Shown: piece after piece, positions 33,822 to 44,862 of the stretch
Position numbering within the stretch: the first letter of the stretch is position 1
Layout of the letters: the number at the start of each line of letters is the position of its first letter
DNA from: Candidatus Competibacteraceae bacterium
GTDB taxonomy: Bacteria > Pseudomonadota > Gammaproteobacteria > Competibacterales > Competibacteraceae
Direction of reading: 5' to 3'
Length of the DNA stretch: 64,000 bases
Assembly (NCBI GenBank): GCA_007695245.1
Contig: REEE01000213.1
Coordinates: forward strand, 3,906 to 67,905
Program-made: the position numbers and the translations under genes
The notes under the pieces: generated by a model
Told to the model about the DNA's origin: nothing
The model's database searches: none
What the model saw: only the letters and a program-made list of their open reading frames with translations

Positions 33822-33945
33822 TGATGTACCTCAAAGCCTGATTGAGCGATTATTAAGTAAGTATTGTTGGCGAGGCCATACGACGGCGCGGCGAATGTTC
33901 CGCACAGGGACTAAGCCGAGTCATTTCCTCGATCCGCGGCGTGAA

Positions 33946-34030
33946 TGGTGCGAAAGGAGAGACTCGAACTCTCACGGGTTGCCCCACTGGAACCTAAATC
34001 CAGCGCGTCTACCAGTTCCGCCACTTTCGC
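33946..34030 (-). tRNA. tRNA-Leu(TAG)
   Basis: The reverse complement is GCGAAAGTGGCGGAACTGGTAGACGCGCTGGATTTAGGTTCCAG...GAGTTCGAGTCTCTCCTTTCGCACCA. Long variable arm. Confidence 0.9.
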
Positions 34031-34194
34031 GACAAGACAGGGATTAATACCACAACACCCGGGCGCGGCGGCCATCGATTCCGTTGATATGGAGTATACA
34101 GGACAACACGCCGCCCGGACAGGAATCGGGCCGCAACGCTGCTTGAGACGCCCGCTCTCCAGGAAGGGAAAGAGTTCAACCGCTTGGGGGAGGA

Positions 34195-34270
<76 letters not shown>

Positions 34271-34325
34271 AAGGGGATATGCGGATGGCGGCAAGGAACA
34301 TATTGGAAATCAAACGTGGCTTTTT

Positions 34326-34402
34326 TGGGGTGGACGATGGGATTCGAACCCACGACGACCGGATCCACAATCCGGGGCTCTACCAACTGAGCTACGCCCA
34401 CC
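34326..34402 (-). tRNA. tRNA-His(GTG) with the extra 5' G(-1)
   Basis: The reverse complement is GGTGGGCGTAGCTCAGTTGGTAGAGCCCCGGATTGTGGATCCGGTCGTCGTGGGTTCGAATCCCATCGTCCACCCCA. Confidence 0.9.
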
Positions 34403-34434
34403 ATTGCAACTTCAACAACTGATTGGCCGGGGTT

Positions 34435-34511
<77 letters not shown>

Positions 34512-34560
34512 GGCGTCGCGTACCACAACCAGCGGACCCGGCCCTAACCATACTGGGTTT

Positions 34561-34637
<77 letters not shown>

Positions 34638-34726
34638 TGCTCGGATGATAAAAAATCAGGCAACCCGCGCCTCCTTGCAGGACTTGTAATTCTATTTTTA
34701 CGCCTGACCCACGTCAAGGTGATTTT

Positions 34727-36166
34727 TCACTCCCGCCGCCAGAGGGTACCCTTCGCGGTGTCTTCCAGCACGATTCCGGCATCCTGCAACAGGGCGCGAA
34801 CCCGATCCGCTTCAGCCCAGTTTTTCGCTTTGCGGGCCGCGGCGCGTTCGGCGATCAGCGCTTCAATCCGCTCTTTGGCGAGAGTGACGGGGATATTCGG
34901 GTTCTGTGCCGTAACGTCGACCCTTGCGGGGGGAGCCGTGACCGACGCACCGGATGCCCCTTGAAAAAATCCTTCGGGGTCATCTGTTAATAATCCCATC
35001 ACCTCGCCCAACCGCCGCAAAGTGACGCTGAGTCGCGCCGCCGACGTCTCATCCTCGGTTCGCAATCGATTGATTTCACGAGCCAGATCAAACAACACCG
35101 CCAAGGCTTCAGGGGTGTTGAAATCGTCATCCATGGCCTGCTCGAACCGCGCTTGCCATTCTTTGACAGCCGGCGCTTCGACCAAGGGCAAGCCACGCAG
35201 CGCCGTGTACAGCCGTTTCAGCGAGGCCTTAGCGTGCTCCAGATTCTCGTCGGAGTAATTCAGCGGTCCCCGGTAGTGGCTGGACAGGATAAAAAGTCGG
35301 ACCTCTTCGGGTCGATAGCGTTGCAACACCTCGCGCACCGTGAAGAAGTTGCCCAGCGATTTGGACATCTTCTCATCGTCGACCTGGACGAAGCCATTGT
35401 GCATCCAGAAGTTCACGTAGCGGTGACCGCTGGCCGCCTCGGACTGAGCGATTTCATTTTCGTGGTGGGGGAATTTCAGATCCATGCCCCCGCCGTGAAT
35501 GTCGAAGTGCGCCCCCAGACAGTGGGTGGACATCGCCGAACATTCGATGTGCCAGCCCGGTCGGCCTTCTCCCCACGGCGAGGGCCAACTGGGTTCGCCG
35601 GGCTTGGCGGCTTTCCACAACACGAAATCCAGCGGGTCGTCCTTGGCGTCCTCGACGTCGATCCGGGAGCCGGCGCGCAAATCCTCCAGTTTTTTATTCG
35701 CCAATTGCCCGTAGCGGGCGAAGCGGCTGACGTCGTAGTAAACGTCCCCGGTGGTTCCGACGTAGGCAAAGCCCTTCTCCAGCAGCGTCTGGATCATGGC
35801 CAACATATCCGTCATCGCCTCGGTGGCGCGAGGTTCGTGCGTCGGCGGCAAAATGTTCAGCGCCGCCAGATCCTCGTGCATGGCGGCGATGAAACGCGCG
35901 GTCAACGCTTGAAAGTCCTCGCCGCTCTCCTGGGCACGGTGGATGATCTTGTCGTCGATGTCGGTGATGTTGCGCACGTAGGTGACGTCGTAGCCCTTGA
36001 CGCGCAACCAGCGCACCACGACGTCGAATACGACCATCGCCCGGGCGTGGCCGACGTGGCAGTAGTCGTAGACGGTCATGCCGCACACGTACATCCGCAC
36101 TTTACCCGGCTCGATGGATTTGAATTCTTCTTTCTGACGGGTCAGGCTGTTGAAAATCTGGAGCAT
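34727..36166 (-). CDS. cysS: Cysteine--tRNA ligase
   Basis: 479 aa from [15 protein letters not shown], with HVGHARA (HIGH) and KMSKSLGN (KMSKS). The ORF-track start at 36256 would overlap gltX. Confidence 0.95.
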   Translation of the reverse strand: MLQIFNSLTRQKEEFKSIEPGKVRMYVCGMTVYDYCHVGHARAMVVFDVVVRWLRVKGYDVTYVRNITDIDDKIIHRAQESGEDFQALTARFIAAMHEDLAALNILPPTHEPRATEAMTDMLAMIQTLLEKGFAYVGTTGDVYYDVSRFARYGQLANKKLEDLRAGSRIDVEDAKDDPLDFVLWKAAKPGEPSWPSPWGEGRPGWHIECSAMSTHCLGAHFDIHGGGMDLKFPHHENEIAQSEAASGHRYVNFWMHNGFVQVDDEKMSKSLGNFFTVREVLQRYRPEEVRLFILSSHYRGPLNYSDENLEHAKASLKRLYTALRGLPLVEAPAVKEWQARFEQAMDDDFNTPEALAVLFDLAREINRLRTEDETSAARLSVTLRRLGEVMGLLTDDPEGFFQGASGASVTAPPARVDVTAQNPNIPVTLAKERIEALIAERAAARKAKNWAEADRVRALLQDAGIVLEDTAKGTLWRRE

Positions 36167-36249
36167 GGACGGCTCTCTCGAAGCTATGCGTGGGTCACAA
36201 GAATCGGAACGGGTTCGAAAATCCTCGCCCGGCCAACCGCAGTCCTGCA

Positions 36250-37656
36250 TCAGCAACCTGCTTGCAAACGGCGGCGGGCGATCTCGGGCGGCAGCAGCGC
36301 CAGAATGCGCGCCAGTTCCGGGCCGTGGGTTTCGCCGGTCAGCGCCGCCCGCAACGGCATGAACAGACTCTTGCCCTTGGTGCCGGTGAGGCGCTTCAAG
36401 TCCTCGATCAGCGGTTGATAGGCCGCGCCGTGTTCGTCATAAACGGCCAGCGCTCGGACAAAAAATTCCGGACCGGCTTGCAAAATAACCGCCCGCGCCT
36501 CGGGACTGAACGGTAACTCCGCACCGAACAACCGTTCCGCCCAAAAGACGGCGTCAGCGGGAAACCGGATATTGGGCCAGATCGCATGAACGAACTCATC
36601 CCGACTGGCGGGCGGCACCCGCTGATGGACCGCCGATCCCATCCAGGCCCACAACCGTTCGGGCGTTGCGTGCCGGACCGCCTCGGCCTGCCAGTGCAAT
36701 AGTTGCGCGCCATCGTAACCGGCCGGCGCGCGTCCCAGGCGCTCGAGTGCGAAGTTGGCGGCCAGCGCTTCGGCCGCCATCCAGGCATCGCCAGGATAGG
36801 TGTGGCCGAGCCGCGCCAGATAATTCAACAGCGCCTCCGGCAGATAACCGGCGGCCCGCAGCTCGCGCAGGCTGAGATCGCCCGCGCGTTTGGACAGAGG
36901 ACCGCCGTCGGTCCCGACAATCAGCGCCAGATGGCCATAATCCGGCACCGGCAAACCCAGCGCCTCCAGCACCAGCAACTGACGCGGGGTATTGGCCAGA
37001 TGGTCCTCGCCGCGCAGGACGTGCGTGATTCCCATCAGCGCATCGTCCACGGCGTTGGCGAAAAAAAACTGGGGGCTGTCATCCGCCCGGCGGATGACGA
37101 AATCGCCGATGTCGTCGCTGGCGAAGCGCTGCGGGCCGCGCACTCGGTCGGTGAATTCCACCATCCGCCCGACCGGTACTCGGAAGCGCAGCGTCGGGCG
37201 CAAGCCGCGGTCCCATCGCGCCCGCCGTTCGGCCTCGTTCAACCGGGCGCAAGTCCCCGCATAGCGCGGCGGGCGGCCCGCCGCCAGTTGCGCCTTACGA
37301 CTGAGCGCCAGTTCGGTCGGAGTGCAAAAACACGGGTAAGCCTGTTCCGCGTCGGCCAATCGCTGATAGTATGCGGCGTAAATCGCTGTTCGTTCCGACT
37401 GCGCATAGGGGGGGTGCGGACCGCCGACTTCCGGTCCCTCATCCCAATCCAGGCCCAGCCAGCGCAAATCTTCCAGCAGGGCCGCGACGAATTCGGGACG
37501 GTTGCGCTCCCGGTCGGTATCTTCGATGCGCAGCAGGAACCGGCCGCGCCAGCGCCGGGCCAGCAACGCATTGAACAGCGCCGTGCGGACGTTGCCCAGA
37601 TGCAGATAGCCAGTCGGACTGGGCGCGAAGCGCGTTTTGACATTCATGATGGTCAT
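36250..37656 (-). CDS. gltX: Glutamate--tRNA ligase
   Basis: 468 aa with [22 protein letters not shown] and LSKRAGDLS (KMSKS-like). Full-length with an anticodon-binding domain, so not the short GluQ-RS. The start could be M1 (37656) or M4 (37647). Confidence 0.9.
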   Translation of the reverse strand: MTIMNVKTRFAPSPTGYLHLGNVRTALFNALLARRWRGRFLLRIEDTDRERNRPEFVAALLEDLRWLGLDWDEGPEVGGPHPPYAQSERTAIYAAYYQRLADAEQAYPCFCTPTELALSRKAQLAAGRPPRYAGTCARLNEAERRARWDRGLRPTLRFRVPVGRMVEFTDRVRGPQRFASDDIGDFVIRRADDSPQFFFANAVDDALMGITHVLRGEDHLANTPRQLLVLEALGLPVPDYGHLALIVGTDGGPLSKRAGDLSLRELRAAGYLPEALLNYLARLGHTYPGDAWMAAEALAANFALERLGRAPAGYDGAQLLHWQAEAVRHATPERLWAWMGSAVHQRVPPASRDEFVHAIWPNIRFPADAVFWAERLFGAELPFSPEARAVILQAGPEFFVRALAVYDEHGAAYQPLIEDLKRLTGTKGKSLFMPLRAALTGETHGPELARILALLPPEIARRRLQAGC

Positions 37657-37770
37657 AGTGGGGAGTCATGGTATCGGAAAGCGTTCCGCTCACCAAATCT
37701 GGCGGCCGGCGCATCCACTGACTATCATGATCGCTTCATCCCATCCCATCCCACCACCTAGTGACTGCTC

Positions 37771-38397
37771 ATGCGCAAACGATTTCCGTTACTCATCTCG
37801 GCTATTTTGGGCTTGGTCAGCTCGATGGCGCTGGCCGGTCCCCAGGTCCGTCTGGACACCAACCTGGGCGCTATCACCCTGGAACTGGCTGAAGACCAGG
37901 CCCCCAAGACCGTGGCGAATTTTCTCGACTATGTCCGCGCAGGTTTCTACGACGGCACGATCTTTCATCGGGTCATCGACGGTTTTATGATCCAGGGCGG
38001 TGGCTTCACCGCTGATTTTCAGCAAAAAGCGACCCGCCCGCCGATTCGGAACGAAGCCGATAACGGTCTCAAGAACCAGCGCGGAACCATCGCCATGGCC
38101 CGCACCGGCGACCCCCACTCCGCCACCGCCCAGTTTTTCATCAACGTCCAGGATAATCCGGCCCTGGATCATCGGGCACCGACCCCACAGGGCTGGGGCT
38201 ACACCGTGTTCGGTAAAGTGATCGACGGCATGAACGTCGTAGATCAGATCCGCCAGGTTCCCACCGGCGCTGGAGGACCAGGAAAACGCTTTGCCGATGT
38301 GCCGGTCACCCCGGTGATCATCGAATCCGTGACCCTGCTCCCATCGCCAGAGCCCGAAACCCCAGCGGTGCCCGACGCGCCAGCCGTCCAACCCTAA
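37771..38397 (+). CDS. ppiA: Periplasmic cyclophilin-type peptidyl-prolyl isomerase A
   Basis: 208 aa. Signal peptide [22 protein letters not shown], then [15 protein letters not shown] and a Pro-rich C-tail [18 protein letters not shown]. Confidence 0.9.
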   Translation: MRKRFPLLISAILGLVSSMALAGPQVRLDTNLGAITLELAEDQAPKTVANFLDYVRAGFYDGTIFHRVIDGFMIQGGGFTADFQQKATRPPIRNEADNGLKNQRGTIAMARTGDPHSATAQFFINVQDNPALDHRAPTPQGWGYTVFGKVIDGMNVVDQIRQVPTGAGGPGKRFADVPVTPVIIESVTLLPSPEPETPAVPDAPAVQP

Positions 38398-38418
38398 AAG
38401 CCAGTTGAGTCCCCTTCC

Positions 38419-38916
38419 ATGATCAACCTGCACACCTCGCTCGGCGTCATCGGCATCGAACTTGATCGCGCCCGCGCGCCCGTCACCGCCGCCAACTTTC
38501 TCCAATACGCCCAGGAAGGGTTCTTCGAGGGCACCCTGTTTCACCGGGTCATCCCCAATTTCATGATCCAGGGCGGCGGCCTCGACCAGAACATGAGCCA
38601 GAAAGCCACTCGGGCGCCCATCCGCAATGAGGCCGACAACGGCCTCAAAAACCAGGTAGGCGCCGTCGCCATGGCCCGCACCGCCGACCCGCATTCCGCC
38701 ACCGCGCAATTTTTCATCAATCTCAAGGACAACGGCTTCCTCGACCATCGCGGCACCACCAACCAGGGCTGGGGTTACTGCGTCTTCGGTCGGGTCGTGG
38801 CGGGCATGGGCGTCGTCGAAGCCATCGCCAAAGTACCCACCACCAGCCGGCGCGGCCATCAGGACGTACCGGTCGACGATGTCGTTATCACGCAAGTCGA
38901 AATCGTCGACGAGTGA
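38419..38916 (+). CDS. ppiB: Cytoplasmic cyclophilin-type peptidyl-prolyl isomerase B
   Basis: 165 aa with no signal peptide. Motifs: [14 protein letters not shown] and WGYCVFGRV. Confidence 0.9.
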   Translation: MINLHTSLGVIGIELDRARAPVTAANFLQYAQEGFFEGTLFHRVIPNFMIQGGGLDQNMSQKATRAPIRNEADNGLKNQVGAVAMARTADPHSATAQFFINLKDNGFLDHRGTTNQGWGYCVFGRVVAGMGVVEAIAKVPTTSRRGHQDVPVDDVVITQVEIVDE

Positions 38917-39653
38917 CGACCGTGACTACGTTGTTCATCTCCGATCTGCACCTGGAGCCGACTCGGCCCGCCATCACCGCGCTATTCCTCGACTTTCTCC
39001 AAGGGCGCGCCCGGCGGGCCGAGGCCTTGTACATTCTGGGCGATCTGTTCGAAGCCTGGATCGGCGATGACGACGACACGGAACTGGGCGGTGTGGTGGC
39101 CGACGCGCTGCGCGCCCTGAGCGATTCCGGAGTCCCGCTCTTCTTCATCCACGGCAACCGGGACTTTTTGCTCGGCCCGCGGTTCGCCGCCGCCAGCGGG
39201 ATGCAATTGCTGCCGGAAACCACGGTCATCGAACTGGCCGGCGAGCCCATCCTGCTGATGCATGGCGACACGCTCTGCACCGACGATACCGAGTATCAAA
39301 AATTCCGCGCCAGAGTCCGCGCCCCAGCCTGGCGGGCGCAAACCCTGGCGCTACCCTTGGCCCAACGGCGGGTGCTGGCCAGTCAATTGCGGGAAACCAG
39401 CCGGCAAGCCACCCAAGGGAAAGCCGCGGAGATCACCGACGTCAATCCGGCGGCCGTGGACGCCGCGTTGCGCGCCCACGGCGTTCGTCACCTGATCCAT
39501 GGCCACACCCATCGGCCGGGCCTGCACGAGTGGACGTTGGACGGCCGACCCGCGCGGCGGACCGTCCTGGGCGACTGGTTCGCGCAAGGCAGCGTGCTGC
39601 GCCACGACGCAGACGGCTGGCGCCTGGAAAATCTGCCGTTGCCCGACGCGTGA
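38913..39653 (+). CDS. lpxH: UDP-2,3-diacylglucosamine diphosphatase
   Basis: 246 aa. Metallophosphoesterase motifs [29 protein letters not shown] and GHTHRP. GTGA overlap with the ppiB stop. Conserved ppiB-lpxH order. Confidence 0.9.
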   Translation: MTTVTTLFISDLHLEPTRPAITALFLDFLQGRARRAEALYILGDLFEAWIGDDDDTELGGVVADALRALSDSGVPLFFIHGNRDFLLGPRFAAASGMQLLPETTVIELAGEPILLMHGDTLCTDDTEYQKFRARVRAPAWRAQTLALPLAQRRVLASQLRETSRQATQGKAAEITDVNPAAVDAALRAHGVRHLIHGHTHRPGLHEWTLDGRPARRTVLGDWFAQGSVLRHDADGWRLENLPLPDA

Positions 39654-39657
39654 ACCG

Positions 39658-40149
39658 ATGATCCTGCTCCGCCACCCCCCCGCCGAACTCATCGCGCACG
39701 ACACGCCCGGCACCTTCGCGGCGCTGATGGACTTATACGAGCGCAACTACATCAATCTCCGCCGCCTGTTGCCGGTCATGCCGCCAGCGTCGGCCTCGCG
39801 AGTATCGCGAGCGCCGGGAGGCCTCGATCTATATCTGTGCGTGATCGAACGTTGCCGCTATACCAGCGAGCTGATTCTGACCTACCAATTCAGCCAGAAC
39901 GATGGTACAGCGCTCGCCGAACCCAATCTCCGCATCCGCATTTACCACGATGCGAGACTGGCTGAAGTCATGGCCGCTCGACCACGACGCTACCCACCCT
40001 TTTCCACTGATTTTATCTCCAGGCAAACGCAGGTGGACACTCCGCCGCTCTTGGCTCGCTGGCGGATCAACCGCTTTCTCTTTAAGTGGCTAACCTATTG
40101 TTTGCGTCAAGGTCATCGGTTTACCGAGCAATCCGACGGCTCGTTTTGA
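39658..40149 (+). CDS. DUF1249 (YqiB-like) protein
   Basis: 163 aa from ATG 39658. FAALMDLYERNYINLRRLLP...YHDARLAEV...RWRINRFLFKWLTYCL resembles the YqiB/DUF1249 family as I recall it. Confidence 0.55.
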   Translation: MILLRHPPAELIAHDTPGTFAALMDLYERNYINLRRLLPVMPPASASRVSRAPGGLDLYLCVIERCRYTSELILTYQFSQNDGTALAEPNLRIRIYHDARLAEVMAARPRRYPPFSTDFISRQTQVDTPPLLARWRINRFLFKWLTYCLRQGHRFTEQSDGSF

Positions 40150-40198
40150 ATCAGCGATAGAGATTCTGGCTCCGGATTCGCGCATTAAAATTTCGCCG

Positions 40199-40256
40199 GA
40201 TTAGTTGACTACCCTACTAGGTTAATATAGTTTCCCTAGTTAATAGTCAGGAATTT
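40199..40256 (+). promoter_or_regulatory. Candidate iscR promoter with IscR type-1-like operator(s)
   Basis: TTAGTTGACTACCCTACTAGGTTAA resembles the E. coli PiscR site ATAGTTGACCAATTTACTCGGGAAT as I recall it. A TTGACT -35-like hexamer lies at 40205-40210. A second half-site-like TAGTCAGGAAT lies at about 40244-40254. Confidence 0.4.
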
Positions 40257-40290
40257 ACTTTCCAGAAAACCTCACCAGCAGGATAACGCC

Positions 40291-40779
40291 ATGAGACTTT
40301 CAACCAAGGGCCGCTATGCAGTCACTGCGATGATGCATTTAGCCATTCATGACAAACGGGGTCCGGTCACTTTGGCCGAGATCTCTCAGTGCCAGGGTAT
40401 CTCCCTGTCCTATCTGGAACAATTGTTTGCCAAGCTGCGCAAGCGTAGTCTGGTGGAAGGCGTTCGCGGACCCGGCGGCGGCTATCGGCTGGCGCGCTCG
40501 CCCGATCAGGTCACGGTCGCCACGATCATCAGCGCGGTGGACGAACGGATAGACGCGACCCGTTGCTGTGGTAACGAAAACTGCCAAAATGGCCAGCGCT
40601 GTTTGACCCACAAGCTGTGGACCGATCTCAGCCGGCAGATTTTCAACTTTCTGGAAGGGATCACGCTGGCGCAATTCGTCGATCACCCAGCGAGTTATGA
40701 CCTGCTGCCACAGCACCAGAGCGGTTCCCGTCGGCGCGAGCGATCCTCCGAGCGTTTCATCGCGCCCGCCATGATGTAG
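40291..40779 (+). CDS. iscR: Fe-S cluster assembly transcriptional regulator IscR (Rrf2 family)
   Basis: 162 aa with MRLSTKGRYAVTAMMHLA, the wHTH ISLSYLEQLFAKLRK, GPGGGYRLA, and cluster ligands C..C-x5-C-x5-C-x2-H (CCGNENCQNGQRCLTH). Confidence 0.92.
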   Translation: MRLSTKGRYAVTAMMHLAIHDKRGPVTLAEISQCQGISLSYLEQLFAKLRKRSLVEGVRGPGGGYRLARSPDQVTVATIISAVDERIDATRCCGNENCQNGQRCLTHKLWTDLSRQIFNFLEGITLAQFVDHPASYDLLPQHQSGSRRRERSSERFIAPAMM

Positions 40780-40786
40780 GCTAGAC

Positions 40787-42046
40787 GTGGCGGGCCCAAC
40801 CGCCGATCCAGTCCACCAAGGCGTGCTGGCGTTGCCGATCTATCTGGATTATGCGGCGACCACCCCAGTCGATCCGCAAGTCGCCGCTTCACTCAGCCAG
40901 TATCTCAATCAAGGTGGGGTTTTTGGTAACCCCGCCTCCACGACTCATTCCTTCGGCCTCACGGCGGCGCGCGCTGTTGAAAGCGCCCGCGCGCAAGTCG
41001 CCGCCCTGCTTGGTGCCGATCCCCGGGAGATTATTTGGACCTCCGGTGCCACCGAGGCCAACAATCTGGCCTTGTTCGGCGTCATGCGCGCCAACCTCCG
41101 GCGCGGCCGGCACCTGATCACCGGCCACACCGAGCACAAGGCGGTTCTGGACGTCTGCCGGCGCTTGGAACGGGAAGGTTGCACGGTCACCTGGCTGGAC
41201 CCAGAACCGGATGGCTTGATTCCGCCGGAAAGGGTCGCCGCGGCGCTGCGTCCCGACACCGTGTTGGTCTCGCTGATGCACGTCAACAATGAGACCGGCG
41301 TGATTCACGATCTGGCCGCCATCGGCGAGATCACCCGCGCGCGGGGGGTCTTGCTGCACGTCGATGCCGCACAGAGCGCCGGCAAACTGCCGATCGACCT
41401 GCAAGTGCTGCCGGTGGATCTGCTCAGTCTCAGCGCCCACAAGCTGTATGGCCCCAAGGGCGTCGGCGCGCTCTACGTCCGGCAATACCCGGTGCGCGTC
41501 CGGCTGGAGCCGCTGCTGTACGGCGGCGGTCAAGAACGCGGTCTGCGGGCCGGAACCTTGCCCACCCATCAAATCGTCGCCCTGGGCGAGGCTTGTCGCA
41601 TCGCCGGCGAAACCATGGCCGACGAACAGGCCCGCATCCGCAACCAGCGCGACCGGCTCTGGCAAGCCTGGTCGGCGCTGGAGGATGTGGTCTTGAACGG
41701 TCATCCCGAGCGTCGCGTTGCCGGCATTCTCAACGTCAGCTTCACCGGCCTCCCCGCCGAGGCGCTGCTGGCGGCCCTGCCGGACTTGGCGGTGGCGACC
41801 GGTTCGGCCTGCACCTCCGCCAGCCAGGAATCCTCGCATGTATTGCGGGCCATGGGTTGCGACGAATTCCGGGCGCGCGGCGCGGTGCGCTTCAGTCTGG
41901 GGCGCTACACCACGGACGCGGAAGTGGACTACACCGCGCGCGCGGTCGCGGCGGCAGTAAACCGGTTGCGGGAACTGTCACCCCTGTGGGCGTTGCGCCG
42001 GCACGGCCTGGATCACCGCGCGGTGGACTGGACGGCGCTGCCGTAA
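40787..42046 (+). CDS. iscS: Cysteine desulfurase, class I (IscS/NifS-type)
   Basis: LPIYLDYAATTPVDPQV, SLSAHKLYGPKG (PLP lysine) and the catalytic loop ATGSACTSAS. The exact start is uncertain: GTG 40787 or a few codons downstream. Confidence 0.88.
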   Translation: MAGPTADPVHQGVLALPIYLDYAATTPVDPQVAASLSQYLNQGGVFGNPASTTHSFGLTAARAVESARAQVAALLGADPREIIWTSGATEANNLALFGVMRANLRRGRHLITGHTEHKAVLDVCRRLEREGCTVTWLDPEPDGLIPPERVAAALRPDTVLVSLMHVNNETGVIHDLAAIGEITRARGVLLHVDAAQSAGKLPIDLQVLPVDLLSLSAHKLYGPKGVGALYVRQYPVRVRLEPLLYGGGQERGLRAGTLPTHQIVALGEACRIAGETMADEQARIRNQRDRLWQAWSALEDVVLNGHPERRVAGILNVSFTGLPAEALLAALPDLAVATGSACTSASQESSHVLRAMGCDEFRARGAVRFSLGRYTTDAEVDYTARAVAAAVNRLRELSPLWALRRHGLDHRAVDWTALP

Positions 42047-42054
42047 GCGGCGGA

Positions 42055-43272
42055 TCAGCGCACCAGTTGATTGAGATCGAAGATCGGCAGCAGGATCGCC
42101 AGCACGATGACCAGCACCACGCCGCCCATCAGCAGAATCAGCACCGGCTCGAAAATCCCCAGCAGCGCGGCGATCAGGGTCTCGGTTTCGCGCTCCTGCT
42201 GCGCCGCCGCCCGCTCCAGCATGTTCTCCAACCGCCCGCTGGCCTCGCCGCTGGCGATCAATTGCACGGTCATCGGCGGAAAATAGCCGCTGGCGCTGAT
42301 GGCTTTTTGCAGGCTGGCACCCTCCTTGACCCGCGCCGCCGCCTTTTCCACCGCTTCCCGCATCGGCAGATTGCTCAACACCTGCGCGGAAATCCGCAGC
42401 GCCTCCAGCACCGGCACCCCACTGGCCATCAAAATGCTGAACGTCCGAGCGAAGCGGGCGGTATTCGTTCCACGAACCAGCCGCGCCAGCAAGGGTAACC
42501 GTAGCAATCCCTGATGGACCCGGCGGCGGAAGCCGACCCGCCGTAGTGCTTGAACCCAGGCGACCGCGCCGATCGCCAGCCCGGTCAAGACCACCCACCC
42601 ATGGCGTTGCAGAAAGTCGCTCAGCGCGATCAGCCCCCGAGTCAGCGCCGGCAACTGCTGGTTGAGGCTGCCGAAGACCTGCACCACCTGCGGCACCACG
42701 TAGGTCAGCAGACCAGCGACGATCAGGATGGCGACTCCGGTCAACAGCAAGGGATAGAACAACGCCAGGCTGACTTTCTGGCGCATTTGCTGGCGAGCTT
42801 CGGTGTAATCGGCCAGCCGTTCGAACACCACGTCCAGATGGCCGGACTGCTCGCCGGCAGCCACGGTGGCGCGGTACAGCTCCGGAAACGCCTGGGGAAA
42901 ATCGCCCAGCGCGGTCGCCAGCGTATGGCCCTCCAATACCCGGGCGCGCACCGCCAGCAGCAAGCCGCTCAAGCGCGTCCGCTCGGCCTGCCGCGCCACC
43001 GCGCCCAAGGCTTCTTCCAGCGGTAGCCCGGAGCCGACCAGCGTCGCCAGTTGCCGGGTGATCAGCGCCAGATCGGTCGGGCTGATCCGCGTCCGCCCGC
43101 GCCACCACGGGCGGTCACCCCGTTGCTCGCGGCCGGCGACTTCCTCGACGTTCAACGGATTCAGGCCGCGCTCGCGCAGGGACTGACGCGCCATCCGGGG
43201 CGTATCGGCTTCGATCAACCCCTTGCGCTGGCGGCCTCGATCATCCAGTGCGGCGTATTGAAAGGCGGGCAT
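42055..43272 (-). CDS. gspF: Type II secretion system inner-membrane platform protein GspF
   Basis: 405 aa from MPAFQYAALDDRGRQRKG. Two GspF-type domains and 3 TM segments. The C-terminus ...LAILLPIFDLNQLVR is typical. Confidence 0.92.
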   Translation of the reverse strand: MPAFQYAALDDRGRQRKGLIEADTPRMARQSLRERGLNPLNVEEVAGREQRGDRPWWRGRTRISPTDLALITRQLATLVGSGLPLEEALGAVARQAERTRLSGLLLAVRARVLEGHTLATALGDFPQAFPELYRATVAAGEQSGHLDVVFERLADYTEARQQMRQKVSLALFYPLLLTGVAILIVAGLLTYVVPQVVQVFGSLNQQLPALTRGLIALSDFLQRHGWVVLTGLAIGAVAWVQALRRVGFRRRVHQGLLRLPLLARLVRGTNTARFARTFSILMASGVPVLEALRISAQVLSNLPMREAVEKAAARVKEGASLQKAISASGYFPPMTVQLIASGEASGRLENMLERAAAQQERETETLIAALLGIFEPVLILLMGGVVLVIVLAILLPIFDLNQLVR

Positions 43273-43314
43273 GAGCGGTCTCTGCAAATTTCAAGACTTG
43301 CGATTCTGGATGCG

Positions 43315-44862
43315 TCATTCCAGTCCTGCGATCTCCGGGAAATCTTCCTGCGTCACCCGCACCAGTTCGGCCAGCGCGGTATCCCCCAGCAGCACCCGCC
43401 GGCGACCGTCGTCGCGGATGCTGGGACTGGAACGGCGCGCGTGGCGCTCCATCTCCTGTTCCCCCTTCCCTTCATGAACCAGGGTTTGCAGCATCTCGTC
43501 CACCATGACCAGTTCGAAAATGCCGGTGCGGCCCCGATAGCCGGACTGGTTGCACCGGTCGCAGCCGCCGGGCGCGTACAGGGTCGGCGGTGCGGTCGGA
43601 TCGACGCCCAGCGCCGCGCAGTCGGCGGGCGTCGCCGGATGGGGTTGCTTGCAATGCGGGCACAGCTTGCGTACCAACCGCTGGGCCAGGACGCCGATCA
43701 ACGATGAAGACAGCAGAAAGGGTTCGACGCCCATGTCGCGCAAGCGGGTGATGGCCCCGACCGCACTGTTGGTGTGCAGGGTCGAGAGCACCAGATGGCC
43801 GGTCAACGACGCCTGGACCGCGATTTCGGCGGTTTCCAGGTCGCGAATCTCCCCGACCATCACCACGTCGGGGTCCTGGCGTAGAATGGCGCGCAGCCCG
43901 CGGGCGAAGGTCATTTCGACCTTGGTGTTGACCTGCGTCTGGCTGATCCCATCCAGGTAATACTCGATCGGATCCTCGACGGTCATGATGTTGCGTTTGC
44001 GGTCGTTGAGTTGCGTTAGCCCAGCATACAGCGTCGTGGTCTTGCCGGAGCCGGTCGGTCCGGTCACCAACAGAATTCCGTGCGGGCGATGGATCAGCCG
44101 CAGCAGACGGGTTTCGTCGGAGCGCTCCATGCCCAGATGCTGCAAATCCAGTCGGCCCTCGCGCTTGTCCAACAACCGCAGCACTACCCGCTCGCCGTGC
44201 CCGGTCGGCAGGGTCGAGACCCGCACGTCCACCGGTCGGCCCGCGACCCGCAGCGAAATCCGCCCGTCCTGCGGCAGACGCTTTTCAGCGATATCCAGGT
44301 GGGCCATGACCTTGACCCGCGACACCAGCAGCGGCGCCAGCGCCCGCGGCGGTTGCAGGGCCTCACGCAGCACCCCGTCCACCCGAAAGCGCACCAGCAG
44401 GCGATTCTCGAAGGATTCGATATGAATATCCGAGGCGTTTTCCTTGATCGCCTCGGTCAGCAGTGCGTTGATCAGGCGGATGATCGGCGCATCGTCGGCG
44501 CTTTCCAGCAAATCCTCCGGTTCGGGCAGGGCCATGGCGACCTGATTGAGGTCCATCTCCTCGCCCAGATCCTCCATCATCCGCGCCGCGCCGTTGCTGT
44601 CGCCCTCGTAGCGATCCTGCAGCAGGCGCTCGAACTGTTCGGCCGACACCGACGACGACTTGAACGGCGCGCCCAGAAAACGGCGCAGTTCCGCCAGGCT
44701 GCGGGAACTGACGTCCGGCCGATAAGCGACGCAAATTCCCCCATCCTCGACCGCGCCGTCCAGCACCAGAATCCCATGACGCTTGGCGAAGGCATACGGC
44801 AGATGATTCGCCGGCAGCCGCGCGCGTGCGTTCACCATACCGGTCATCGCTTCGACGTTCAT
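43315..44862 (-). CDS. gspE: Type II secretion system ATPase GspE
   Basis: 515 aa with Walker [11 protein letters not shown], the Asp box, Walker B MVGEIRD, the His box, and a tetracysteine C-terminus (CPHC...CDRC). Confidence 0.94.
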   Translation of the reverse strand: MNVEAMTGMVNARARLPANHLPYAFAKRHGILVLDGAVEDGGICVAYRPDVSSRSLAELRRFLGAPFKSSSVSAEQFERLLQDRYEGDSNGAARMMEDLGEEMDLNQVAMALPEPEDLLESADDAPIIRLINALLTEAIKENASDIHIESFENRLLVRFRVDGVLREALQPPRALAPLLVSRVKVMAHLDIAEKRLPQDGRISLRVAGRPVDVRVSTLPTGHGERVVLRLLDKREGRLDLQHLGMERSDETRLLRLIHRPHGILLVTGPTGSGKTTTLYAGLTQLNDRKRNIMTVEDPIEYYLDGISQTQVNTKVEMTFARGLRAILRQDPDVVMVGEIRDLETAEIAVQASLTGHLVLSTLHTNSAVGAITRLRDMGVEPFLLSSSLIGVLAQRLVRKLCPHCKQPHPATPADCAALGVDPTAPPTLYAPGGCDRCNQSGYRGRTGIFELVMVDEMLQTLVHEGKGEQEMERHARRSSPSIRDDGRRRVLLGDTALAELVRVTQEDFPEIAGLE

